Source: an uncultured archaeon
GTDB taxonomy: Archaea > Asgardarchaeota > Lokiarchaeia > Sigyniarchaeales > SOKP01
NCBI GenBank assembly: GCA_964486045.1
Contig: CAZALK010000006.1
Span: 64,001 to 128,000, forward strand
Reading direction: 5' to 3'
Length of the DNA stretch: 64,000 bases
Positions 1 through 9,749 of the stretch are shown in pieces (position 1 is the first letter of the stretch; each line of letters opens with the position of its first letter). Under the pieces are notes generated by a model. It saw only the letters and a list, made by a program, of their open reading frames with translations. It was not told the DNA's origin and searched no databases. The translations under genes and the position numbers were made by a program.

Positions 1-2128
1 AGAATTAGAAACTAGATTAGAAAATAAGGAAGACTATGAAAAGAAGAAGACACTAAACGAATTAAAGCAAAATAATGCCCGAACTAAACTTCACAAAACA
101 AACCTTGAAATTGCTGAGTTAAATGAACTAGTTAAAAAACAGAAGCATATACGTGATAATTTGAACAAGATTCAAAATTCTCTTGAAAATTTGGAATCCA
201 GACGTATCGACCTACATGAATCAAATAAAAAATTAAACACAAATTTAAAGAGCGCACAAACAGCAGAGATAGTTTGTATGGAGAATTTAACTGATTATAA
301 GCGTTTTAGAGAGTTGACTAAAGATGAACTCATATTTAGGAGGCTTAATGAAGAATTGAAAGGATTACAGGAAGAAATTATAGAATTAAATCAACACCTT
401 ACTAGAATAAATACTCTTAAAGAAAATATCGAACCCCAAATTGAAAATATACTTAAAGATAAAGCAAATTTACCTACATTAGAAAAAGAAAGCGAAGAAT
501 ATCATAATCTTCAAAACCTAATTCAAGTTCAAAGAGATAAGCTCAGTAAGATAGAGGTTGCTGAAGACCTTCAGAGTAGATTGAAAACTCAATATCTTGA
601 AAATTTAGCAAAAATTGAAAAACTTGAAACACTATTGAAAGAGCTCCCAGAATTAGAAAAACGGGATTTAAAGGTTGAAGTCCTTAGTGAAAAATCAAAT
701 GAAATCAAACTTAAAATTAATTCATTAGAAACAGAAATTACTACATATCTCACTGACAAGAAAATTTCAAAGGATGGATTATGCCCGATTCTAAACATAG
801 AATGCAATAAAGCAGATGGTAGCTCCTTTGAGGTGATTTTTCAAGAAAAGATTGAAAACCTAAAAAAAAATCTTATCCCGATTAAATTTGAATTTGAGGA
901 ACTAAATAAAACAACAATAAATTATGACAAATTCCAGAAGAAATTATCTGAGTTAAAGCTGAAAGAAAGAGATTTTCAAAACCTAAGAGAACGACAGCTT
1001 GTGTTTGGAAACGAGATACAGAAAAATAAAACTCAAATTGATTTAAAAAATGAAGAAAATGAAATTTTAAAAAAATTAAAAATCCAACAAGAAATACTAG
1101 AACCATCCGTGGAAAAATATAATGTTCTAAAGGAAAAGGTTGAAAAGCAACTACCAGAATTCCAAATAAAGCTAGAAGAATTACAAAAACAACTTGTACC
1201 ACTCAGAAAAAAATTGACACCTTTAGAAAAAGAAAGAGAAAAATTAATTCATGTACCCGAGAAATTAAAAGAGTTTAATGACGAGTTAGACAAACTTAGA
1301 GAAAATCATGATAAATATCAAATGAACAAGGGGATTGCAAGAAATCTGCAAAATATCAAATCTGACCTTGAAAAATGTAAAACAAAACTTTCAGAAGTCG
1401 ATTTATTGCTTAAAAACCAAACAAAAGAAAATAAATTATTAAGTGAGCAATTTAATGAGAAAGAATTTGCCGTTATTAAGAGTAAATTACTAAAGTTAGA
1501 AGAAGCAAAAGGAAATTTAAAGAATCAAGTTTTAGATGCAGTTGAGAATTTAGCAGATGCCGAGGAGAAATTAAAAGTACTTAAAGAAACAGAAGAAGAG
1601 TTAGCATTGGTATTGAGCAATATAGAAGCTTTAATATTTATGAAGAATTTCACTAAAATAATACGTAATTATTTTGATAATGCAGGGCCAAAAATCTCAG
1701 AGGTTCTGCTTGTCAATATCAATATAGAAGCAACAAGCCATTATAGAAATATCATGGACGATCCAAACGTGATTCTGGAGTGGGAGCAAGATTATCAAAT
1801 AAAAGTAAAAACCTCAGAAAACGAAAAAGTGTTTCATCAGCTCTCAGGAGGAGAACAAATGGCATCAGCATTAGCTATCCGATTAGCTATCTTAAAAGTG
1901 CTTTCAAATGCGGAATTTGCCTTTTTTGACGAGCCGACGATGAATCTAGATCCAAACAAGCGGGAAAATTTAGGTAAAATTATTCAAAGAATTAAGGGTT
2001 TTAAACAATTCTTTGTGATTTCACACGACGATACATTTGAAGAGTATGTGGAAAATGTTATTGAATTCTCCAAAGATGAGAAGGAAATAACTAAAGTTGA
2101 TTTTATTACTAAAAATAAAGACTTATGA
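1..2128 (+). CDS. rad50: Rad50/SbcC SMC-like ATPase, 5'-truncated by window edge
   Basis: Frame is open from position 2. Long coiled coil, hook-like CPILNIEC, ABC signature LSGGE, Walker B FAFFDEP, H-switch SHDD. Confidence 0.88.
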   Translation, partial: ELETRLENKEDYEKKKTLNELKQNNARTKLHKTNLEIAELNELVKKQKHIRDNLNKIQNSLENLESRRIDLHESNKKLNTNLKSAQTAEIVCMENLTDYKRFRELTKDELIFRRLNEELKGLQEEIIELNQHLTRINTLKENIEPQIENILKDKANLPTLEKESEEYHNLQNLIQVQRDKLSKIEVAEDLQSRLKTQYLENLAKIEKLETLLKELPELEKRDLKVEVLSEKSNEIKLKINSLETEITTYLTDKKISKDGLCPILNIECNKADGSSFEVIFQEKIENLKKNLIPIKFEFEELNKTTINYDKFQKKLSELKLKERDFQNLRERQLVFGNEIQKNKTQIDLKNEENEILKKLKIQQEILEPSVEKYNVLKEKVEKQLPEFQIKLEELQKQLVPLRKKLTPLEKEREKLIHVPEKLKEFNDELDKLRENHDKYQMNKGIARNLQNIKSDLEKCKTKLSEVDLLLKNQTKENKLLSEQFNEKEFAVIKSKLLKLEEAKGNLKNQVLDAVENLADAEEKLKVLKETEEELALVLSNIEALIFMKNFTKIIRNYFDNAGPKISEVLLVNINIEATSHYRNIMDDPNVILEWEQDYQIKVKTSENEKVFHQLSGGEQMASALAIRLAILKVLSNAEFAFFDEPTMNLDPNKRENLGKIIQRIKGFKQFFVISHDDTFEEYVENVIEFSKDEKEITKVDFITKNKDL

Positions 2129-2146
2129 TCAGTTTGGGATGAATAG

Positions 2147-2182
2147 AAAAAAAAAAAAAAATTCGGTTACATAACACCGAAT
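2147..2182 (-). terminator. Hairpin plus poly-U intrinsic terminator for the 2217-3188 gene
   Basis: Stem ATTCGGT (2161-2167)/ACCGAAT (2176-2182), followed on the minus strand by a ~14-nt T run; lies between convergent genes. Confidence 0.6.
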
Positions 2183-2216
2183 AATCATACTATTTATAAC
2201 TACAATTTTATCCTAT

Positions 2217-3188
2217 CTACCACCAAGACACTAAAAATTCCCATTGGGGTAACTGCATGATTTCTTGCCAAGCATTTGCTCCCACACCGTTGTACCAACT
2301 GAATTCATGATCCAGAGTATGAGGTCCCCATCCTAGAGTCCATGGGTCGTAAATTTGATAAAAGATTAGAACCATAGTGGGTTCACCGATTAAAACACCT
2401 CCCTTATCGTACCACCAGAAACTACTTAATTCATTTTCCCATCCATCTAGTAGAATTGTCATTGACCAAGGTAAATTAAAAATTTTATCCTTTTTTTCTT
2501 GGTCTGTTTGGATCATCCCCATAAGTACATAGTTTGTTTCAGCGACGTTATACTCCCTATTGGGGCGTATTATATTATCCCCATTAAACCATTCGTTTAA
2601 TACCGTCTCTTGTTCTTGTTTGATAAAATCAAATTGGTCAGCACCAATTTCTTCATAGGTTGAGATGACAGTTAAAGTACCCCATTCACCTAGTGGGTTG
2701 TTAGGTCCCAAATCTCCGGTATCACCGTCAGTATACCCAGCCCAAGCCCAGTTTCCCCCCAAGGTGAAAATTATGGTGATTTCTGCTTCGGGGTAAGTAG
2801 CGGTTTGGGTTTTAACAACACCTATACCGACCATAATCCAAACATACTGCCAGTATTGCTCTGAATTTGGGTCCCACCACCATTCTAGATAAAAAGCCTC
2901 TCCCTCTTTGAGCTTTCCATGAGATATCATAACTTCCTCGTTTGTAATAGGATCTAAATATATTTTTTTGAAATCTGCCTTTCCCAACCAACTGCTGCCA
3001 TAATCATGTTCAACATGTGCATTGATCAAGACTCTGGCTTGCGAATCCCAAAGGTCTGGTCCCTCTGCATTCATATGAACTTTTACAGCTTCACCAGATT
3101 TAACGGTATTTACTGAAGTAGCACTTGCAATAGTGCTTACCAAAAAAAGCAATAACATAGCCATTATAACTTTTGATTTCACTTTCAT
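2217..3188 (-). CDS. Secreted hypothetical protein, Trp/aromatic-rich
   Basis: Signal peptide (MKVKSK + hydrophobic core + ASA), GGAG upstream; no family recognised. Confidence 0.75.
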   Translation of the reverse strand: MKVKSKVIMAMLLLFLVSTIASATSVNTVKSGEAVKVHMNAEGPDLWDSQARVLINAHVEHDYGSSWLGKADFKKIYLDPITNEEVMISHGKLKEGEAFYLEWWWDPNSEQYWQYVWIMVGIGVVKTQTATYPEAEITIIFTLGGNWAWAGYTDGDTGDLGPNNPLGEWGTLTVISTYEEIGADQFDFIKQEQETVLNEWFNGDNIIRPNREYNVAETNYVLMGMIQTDQEKKDKIFNLPWSMTILLDGWENELSSFWWYDKGGVLIGEPTMVLIFYQIYDPWTLGWGPHTLDHEFSWYNGVGANAWQEIMQLPQWEFLVSWW

Positions 3189-3456
3189 TATTATTCTCTC
3201 CTTTGATTTTTTATTTGCTCTTATGTTTGTTTTTCCAAATTTTTTGATCGATAATGATCAAGAATTAAGTATATCACTTAGAAATATAAAGCTTATTTCA
3301 AGAATAACCAGTAAAAATTAAAAATTAGTGGTAAATCAAATATTTTAGTGAAAAAATTCACGCTTTATGGTTATCATTTTAAAAAACTATTGCAAAATAA
3401 AATGAGTTCAAATTTTAAGAATAGAAAAATAAAAAAAAAGTGGTTGAAAAATAAAC

Positions 3457-3657
3457 TTACAAATCGCGCGCTTTAACAGTTTTTCGATTATTACCTTTAG
3501 CACGTCCAACAGCTTTATCAAGTATATCCATGATGATTGCGTTGAATTCAGTTCCATCTAATACAGCGCTACTTGTATTACAAGCATTTCCTTTAATGTA
3601 TTCTCTTACTTTTGACTTTACGAAGAGTGGCTCAACCTTTCCTCCTTTTTTTGCCAT
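3457..3657 (-). CDS. Histone-fold protein, short-alpha3 (Bd0055/face-to-face-like) type
   Basis: LFVKSKVREYIK..NTS..AKGNNRKTVKARDL: histone L2 RKTV..D motif, ends just after it; GAGG upstream. Confidence 0.85.
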   Translation of the reverse strand: MAKKGGKVEPLFVKSKVREYIKGNACNTSSAVLDGTEFNAIIMDILDKAVGRAKGNNRKTVKARDL

Positions 3658-4019
3658 TTTACATCTTCCTCTTTTTTGAAATTTTTTAGATTTTTATTAA
3701 ACTAAGGTTTAAAATTGATTTGAATAAATTACAGTTTGTTAATTATTTATTTTTTATCTGTACTATTAAATCTTTGCTATTTTAACTAGATTTTTTCATA
3801 TTCTTTTTCTCTACTGGATTTTGGGAAGGATTTTTGAAATCTAATTGTTGAATAAAAGTTGTCAAAACAGAGAAAAAGTCTAAATTCGTATCCAAAAAAT
3901 AATGCACATACTTATTTAATTACTTCTATGATAGAGGATTAAGTGTTAAGGCTAAAATATAATAAAAAAAAAGTAGGTTTGTTGAATAAAGTTATTTCAC
4001 AGAGAAAATGTAAATCTAT

Positions 4020-4307
4020 TTACTTTGGCGGAGCTAGTACAATTTCAATACTTGAGACGTTGTTTGTTTGTCCATTTTCTCCCTCTAATTGTTCAGTGCT
4101 AAGTGCTATATCTTTATATTCAGTGCCCTTTAAGAATCTATTTCTTAAAATTTCACATACATCAACGGCATGGGAAATGGCTCTACCTCGGGCTTTCACA
4201 GTACAATCTTCACCCTTGTTAAGGATCATCATCGTAGCCATCACGTAGTTCATGGTAGGACGGCGACCGACAAAAACAGCATTTTCTTCTCTAGGTTTAT
4301 CGTTCAT
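4020..4307 (-). CDS. albA: DNA/RNA-binding protein Alba
   Basis: VFVGRRPTMNYV, VKARGRAISHAVDV, VSSIEIVL are Alba signature motifs. Confidence 0.95.
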   Translation of the reverse strand: MNDKPREENAVFVGRRPTMNYVMATMMILNKGEDCTVKARGRAISHAVDVCEILRNRFLKGTEYKDIALSTEQLEGENGQTNNVSSIEIVLAPPK

Positions 4308-4597
4308 TATTTTTTTCCTCTTTGTTTTTTTATTTTTTGTTGTATTTACTAACTTTTTAAGCTTTTATGCGCTTGAGTATAACGAATTGTAGCTTTATCG
4401 TAATTTCAAATTTAATTACGGTATTTATATTCTTTTGAAATTATAGGCATTTTTTAAATTTTATTGTCTAATAATAAATGTATTTGGATAGTTAAAGTAA
4501 TATTTTTTGTTCTCTTTTTTCTGGTTAATGCTCTATCTAATGAGAAAGAAATTGTTATCATTGGTTTAACAAAAAATAGAAATTTAATGTTGAAGTT

Positions 4598-4810
4598 TTA
4601 TATGCCTTTCAGTTTTACTCCAAGGAAGAAGAGAAACCAAGTGAGAAATATTAGAATCAATGCGATAATGAGCCATACATTGTACGGTCCCAAAGAAAAT
4701 GCAGGCAGTAGACTGACCCAAAATAACGCTGTAAAATCAAGAAGGATAAAAATCCCAAAGACCATTGTTAAGAATGTTAAAATTAAAATTTTTTTCTCGG
4801 AGGTGTCCAT
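4598..4810 (-). CDS. Small two-TM membrane protein
   Basis: Two hydrophobic helices, GGTGA upstream of ATG, co-oriented with neighbours. Confidence 0.55.
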   Translation of the reverse strand: MDTSEKKILILTFLTMVFGIFILLDFTALFWVSLLPAFSLGPYNVWLIIALILIFLTWFLFFLGVKLKGI

Positions 4811-4936
4811 CCCATTTTTTTCACCAGTTAACCAATCAATTTATACTTTTTTTTAGAGTTAGTATGATACTATTTGTTTTAGATTTATATAAACCTTTAA
4901 TGATCTTTTTATAGAAATGAGTTAAATCTTGAAATC

Positions 4937-5614
4937 TCAGTTTTTCTTAGTTTTGGTGAAATCGATTTCGATTTCCTGTTTAAACTCCTTCTCATTATAA
5001 ATTCTCTTTGAATCATTACTTTCAGGTTTATCCTTATCTTTTTTAACAATGTCCCATATTACACTGCCAACAAGTAATACTGACACAATCACTAACAAGG
5101 GTATTAATAGATTGGATTCAGTTAGAATAATTTTTACCCACCCGATATAAGGAATCCTGCCCGTTACTACTCCGAAAATTCGTGTTTCTGGAATCCATAC
5201 TATATCAGGGTTAGCGTTTGCATCCCCCTTGGTTAAAAAAAACCAACCGTTGTCATATTTCTTATCAATAACTCTATGAACTATTGGATCCGTAGGCGCA
5301 TGATACCAACCTAATCCACGTGCATCAAAAACAATAATATCTCCCTCTTTTCCTTCAATCGTACCATTTTGAATGTTTTCTGCATCGATCCCTCTTAGAA
5401 ATAACAAATCTCCTCTATATAAATTAGGTTCCATTGAACCTGAAACAACTACAACCATTGGTGTATTCGTGTTCAACGCTACTTGCATAATAAAATACAC
5501 TAAAAAGGCTCCAGAAAAGGCCATGACAAGTAGAATCGCGGTTACAATTATTTTTCTCTTGGTCGAGGGCCTTTTTTCCTTTTTAACCGGGGATTTAATT
5601 TTTCTTCGTTCCAT
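4937..5614 (-). CDS. sec11: Signal peptidase I, archaeal/ER type (S26B, Sec11-like)
   Basis: VVSGSMEP (catalytic Ser), GDLL, IVHRV (His), TKGDAN, IPYIGW. Confidence 0.93.
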   Translation of the reverse strand: MERRKIKSPVKKEKRPSTKRKIIVTAILLVMAFSGAFLVYFIMQVALNTNTPMVVVVSGSMEPNLYRGDLLFLRGIDAENIQNGTIEGKEGDIIVFDARGLGWYHAPTDPIVHRVIDKKYDNGWFFLTKGDANANPDIVWIPETRIFGVVTGRIPYIGWVKIILTESNLLIPLLVIVSVLLVGSVIWDIVKKDKDKPESNDSKRIYNEKEFKQEIEIDFTKTKKN

Positions 5615-5877
5615 TGTTTTATACTAATATCCTATGAACTATTAAATAAAATAATGAATTTAAGTTTTCTAATTAATCATTAAAACTGTAATAATAAGAT
5701 GAATGATAGATGAGATTTAGGATTTTTTTAATTTTCCTCTGAGTATTTTAATTGATTGTTGTATTAAACTAGATTTTTAGAAAAAAAAATTGCATTAATA
5801 TTTTAAAGCATAGATTCTTGATTTTAATCATTCAATACATCTTAGAAAAAAACTGGGATAGGGTTAAGATCTTCTAA

Positions 5878-6663
5878 ATGCTTGAGAGAACTCAATCATT
5901 TGACATGAATGGTAAGAAATGTAGTGGAATCCAAGTAAAAATAGAGAATATTTTATATAAAGAGATGAAATTCTCTACTAATACTATTAAATTAGGGGAA
6001 TCCTTACTTCGTATAACTTATTTTGATGAAAAAATAGATAAAAAGAAACAAAGAAATAACAGAATTACTATACTACAAGAACCAGAGAAGAGAATTTATA
6101 TTCAAGTTAAAGGACAACTAAATGATTCCCAAGTTGAGCAAATCTGGCAGGAATTAAATGATGATTTAAAAATTTCAAAGAACATTGAGGAGAAAAATGA
6201 AATTTTATTAACAAAAGATGTTATTATTGAAAAGATTATTGAATCTATTAAGCTTAAGGGTTATTCAATAAATGAAAATGATGCTCGAAACTTCTTAGGT
6301 AGTTTTCAAGAGAAATATAATAGACTACCTAAAAACCAAGAAATAAATTCAATAGCTAAGGGCTATATCATAATGATGAATGAAGATTATCTATTAGAAA
6401 AGACCGAAATATCAACCGAAACTGAACAAGCATTAGAAGTTAAAGAACCTTTTATGGAGAGCAGTGAAGTAAAAACACCATTAAACTCTTACAATAGTTC
6501 TGTTTTAGTCGTTGAGAATTCAGCTGGCCGTAGGAAATGTCCTAACTGTGGAGACCAAGCTTCAATTCATGAAGTAAATGATAAAAGTTTAGTTTTGTTA
6601 GACTACCCACGAATTTATGGGAAAAAAAAATATTGCGGCGCATGCGGGCTTGAGTGGCATTAG
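5878..6663 (+). CDS. Hypothetical protein with C-terminal Zn ribbon
   Basis: CPNCG...CGACG at the C-terminus; long ORF. Confidence 0.7.
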   Translation: MLERTQSFDMNGKKCSGIQVKIENILYKEMKFSTNTIKLGESLLRITYFDEKIDKKKQRNNRITILQEPEKRIYIQVKGQLNDSQVEQIWQELNDDLKISKNIEEKNEILLTKDVIIEKIIESIKLKGYSINENDARNFLGSFQEKYNRLPKNQEINSIAKGYIIMMNEDYLLEKTEISTETEQALEVKEPFMESSEVKTPLNSYNSSVLVVENSAGRRKCPNCGDQASIHEVNDKSLVLLDYPRIYGKKKYCGACGLEWH

Positions 6664-6806
6664 TCATTTTTTGTTAAATATCTCCCTAAATAACTAATAA
6701 CAATTTGACTGTTTTTCAAAATAGTTATAAATATTTCTTTAATCAAAGTGATATTAACTTATGTAGTAAATTCTGAACAAATTATTTAAAATTTGGAGTG
6801 ATAAAA

Positions 6807-7763
6807 ATGGAAGATTTTGCTATTATTCACAATCCTGCTGCTGGAACTAAAAAAAAAGGAAAGATCGGTATAGAAAATGCTTGTGGATATTTGGATGATT
6901 TAAAAGTTTCTTATAAGATTTTTAATACTGAATATGCAGAACATGGCATTGAGCTGGCTAGTCAATTATCTAAAGATGGATACAGAGTTATTGGAGCCGG
7001 TGGTGATGGAACATGCAATGAAGTACTCCATGGTGTCATTAGCTCTAATTCAGGCGGATTATGTGGTTTTATTCCCATGGGATCTGGTAATGATGTCCCA
7101 GCAGCAATTGGAATTCTACCAGATGTTAAAAGAGCTTGTGAAATTATTGCAGAGGGTTATACTAGTAAGTCTGATGTAGGATTGGCACTTAAAGATGACG
7201 GTGTTGAGAGATATTTTCTTGGTATAGGAAGTCAAGGATTTGATGCAGAAGTCGCAAAAAGAGCAAATGAAAATAAAGAGAAAAACTATAATACACTTGT
7301 CCTTAAAACCTTATTTGGGTGGAAAAACAAGAAAATTAAGGTAATTATGGATAATGATACGTATGAGGGAGACGCAAATCTGGTTGCAGTCGGGAATGGC
7401 GCTTGTTATGGGGGTGGAATGTACATTTGCCAAAAAGCTATGGTTGATGATGGTTTATTTGATATCAGCATTGCAAATATTAAAAAACTCAAATTACTGT
7501 TCCAATTTAAAAGAATGTATAGTGGTTCTTTATCACCGCATCCGGATATTTATGAATATCAGAGTAAAAAGGTTCGGATTGTTATGCAAAATCCTGATGG
7601 TGAGTCTTACCGATGTCAAGTTGATGGTGAATCAATAGGAAATTTACCGGTTACGTATGAAACTTTGAAAGATGGACAGGATTTCATTAGACCTCAAAAA
7701 AATGAAGTTGCAGAGGTTTTTAAAGAAAAATATGGTCATTATTTTTGGGAATCTGATCACTAA
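6807..7763 (+). CDS. Diacylglycerol/lipid kinase family (YegS/DagK-like)
   Basis: NPAAG, GGDGT..EV, PMGSGND, GFDA, QVDGE motifs. Confidence 0.92.
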   Translation: MEDFAIIHNPAAGTKKKGKIGIENACGYLDDLKVSYKIFNTEYAEHGIELASQLSKDGYRVIGAGGDGTCNEVLHGVISSNSGGLCGFIPMGSGNDVPAAIGILPDVKRACEIIAEGYTSKSDVGLALKDDGVERYFLGIGSQGFDAEVAKRANENKEKNYNTLVLKTLFGWKNKKIKVIMDNDTYEGDANLVAVGNGACYGGGMYICQKAMVDDGLFDISIANIKKLKLLFQFKRMYSGSLSPHPDIYEYQSKKVRIVMQNPDGESYRCQVDGESIGNLPVTYETLKDGQDFIRPQKNEVAEVFKEKYGHYFWESDH

Positions 7764-7806
7764 TTAATGAGTTTTTATTTAAGAAAAATAGATATATTTA
7801 ATTTCC

Positions 7807-8430
7807 ATGCCTGATTGGGACGAAATTTTCAAAAAACGGGGAAAAATCTTTCTTAAACCCCATCCTGATATGGAAAGAATTTCTGAACTATTTACCGAAA
7901 AGAAGGTAAGACGGGTTTTAGATCTTGGTTGTGGAACTGGTCGTCATCTTATTTTCTTCTCAAAAAAAGGATTTGATATATATGGACTTGATGGTTCTCC
8001 TAAGGGTATCGAGATTGCAAGAACATGGCTAGCGGAGGAAGGAGAAGAAATAGATATTGAACTTGGTAGAATTGAACAACGTTTCCCGTATGAAGATAAT
8101 TTTTTTGATGCGATTATTTCTATTCAAGTAATTCACCACAATTTTTTTAAGAAAATATTGAAAACGGTTAAGGAAATCGAAAGGGTTTTGAAAAAAGATG
8201 GTGTCATATTCATAACAGTTTCTTTTAGAAAAAAAAATTATAAGTTTGATAAATGGGGTTTAAAGGAAGTTGAAAAAGGAACATATATCCCCCAAAAAGG
8301 CCAAGAAAAAGGTCTACCCCATCATTTTTTTTCGAAGGAGGAAATTCAAAGAGTCTTTAAATGTTTTGAACTTTCAGAGATTTATATTGACGATACAAAT
8401 CACAGAGCTATTTTGGGAGTTAAAAAATAG
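7807..8430 (+). CDS. Class I SAM-dependent methyltransferase
   Basis: VLDLGCGTGRH motif I; FPYEDNFFDAII. Confidence 0.9.
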   Translation: MPDWDEIFKKRGKIFLKPHPDMERISELFTEKKVRRVLDLGCGTGRHLIFFSKKGFDIYGLDGSPKGIEIARTWLAEEGEEIDIELGRIEQRFPYEDNFFDAIISIQVIHHNFFKKILKTVKEIERVLKKDGVIFITVSFRKKNYKFDKWGLKEVEKGTYIPQKGQEKGLPHHFFSKEEIQRVFKCFELSEIYIDDTNHRAILGVKK

Positions 8431-8489
8431 GTAGAATAATTAAGATTTTTTTAACGTTTGAAATGTATTCAAGATTTCATGGAGTAAAT

Positions 8490-9653
8490 CTATTCTTCAA
8501 ATTCACTTTTTCGACTCTTTTTTTTAACTGATGATTGGTTTTTAACAATATTCAATGTTAATATAATTATTGACCCAATTGCAATAATAATTATAAGGAA
8601 CATAATGATTTCTAAAAACGTCCTATCTATATCTTCGAGCCAAGGATAATTACCTTTATAAATAAGTGTTGTCGTATTGAAGTAATTATTGTAAATAAAT
8701 TGCTCTACAGTTTTTCCCGTAATTTCCAGGCTAATATTAGCAATATTACTTATGTCATCTTGAGTAGTATGATGAAAAGGCCAATTTGGATTATTCCAGA
8801 AATTGATAATCAGATCTGCCGCGGGAATGCCAATGTTTATAAAAGCCCTATGATCATCGACAATTGAGTTTGATATAGGATTTGAAGGAAATTGTCTGGT
8901 AAACCCTAGACTTCTGCCAATAGCAAATATCTCATCTAATAAAGAGGAAGTAGAATATTGTTCGTCTATAAATTGTAAATTAGTTCCCCCTACCATATCA
9001 AACAAAATCATACCATCAATATTTTCTATTTCAGCATTATAATAATTATCAATTTCACTCACGAAAGCAGTAGAACCTTCGACCCAACTCCAACCATTTA
9101 TTCCACCTTGATCTTCTGCATCAAAAAATAAAAACCAAATTTGGTTAGATAAATTTTCTTTTACTTCATAGAAAACCCTAGCAAGTTCTATTAAAACAGC
9201 TGCTCCACTAGCACCATCATTAGCACCAGGGACTGGATCGGATGTTTTTAAAGGATCAGAATCTCGTGTTGCTTTTGCGCGTGAGTCATAATGGGCTGCT
9301 AAAATGATGATATTGCTATTTATTTCATTTAATTTAAATAATACATTCTGATTGTTAGTTGAATGAACTGTAAAGTTGTGTAAGAAGTAAGTGAAATTGG
9401 TATCAATTTCTTTGAATTCAGAGATAAAGTAATTAGCACAATCTGCTCTAGTTTGTGTTCCTGGGATTCGAAAACCAATTTTTACTTGATTCACAATGTG
9501 CGTATAAGCATTATCACCATCAAAATTTAATTCTACATCTTTATTTTGAACTTCTAGGTTACTTTTAGAAAAATAAGGTATATAAAAAGATCCTAACCCT
9601 AAAAATATAAAAATTAATGGGATTAAGAATTTGGCTTCTTTTTTAACGAAAAT
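8490..9653 (-). CDS. Membrane-anchored M28 peptidase / glutaminyl cyclase-like protein; true start uncertain
   Basis: AHYDSR, GANDGASG, FDAED, DMVG, DDH, HHT motifs; C-terminal TM. Frame is open 53 codons upstream of the tracked GTG at 9494 and encodes a signal anchor. Confidence 0.85.
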   Translation of the reverse strand: MFVKKEAKFLIPLIFIFLGLGSFYIPYFSKSNLEVQNKDVELNFDGDNAYTHIVNQVKIGFRIPGTQTRADCANYFISEFKEIDTNFTYFLHNFTVHSTNNQNVLFKLNEINSNIIILAAHYDSRAKATRDSDPLKTSDPVPGANDGASGAAVLIELARVFYEVKENLSNQIWFLFFDAEDQGGINGWSWVEGSTAFVSEIDNYYNAEIENIDGMILFDMVGGTNLQFIDEQYSTSSLLDEIFAIGRSLGFTRQFPSNPISNSIVDDHRAFINIGIPAADLIINFWNNPNWPFHHTTQDDISNIANISLEITGKTVEQFIYNNYFNTTTLIYKGNYPWLEDIDRTFLEIIMFLIIIIAIGSIIILTLNIVKNQSSVKKKSRKSEFEE

Positions 9654-9749
9654 TCACCATAATATAAAGAGCTCTACTTGATCATAGCTAATTTATTTTT
9701 TATCATAAGTCTTATTTTTTGTATAATATTTTATTTATAAAAAAAGGGG

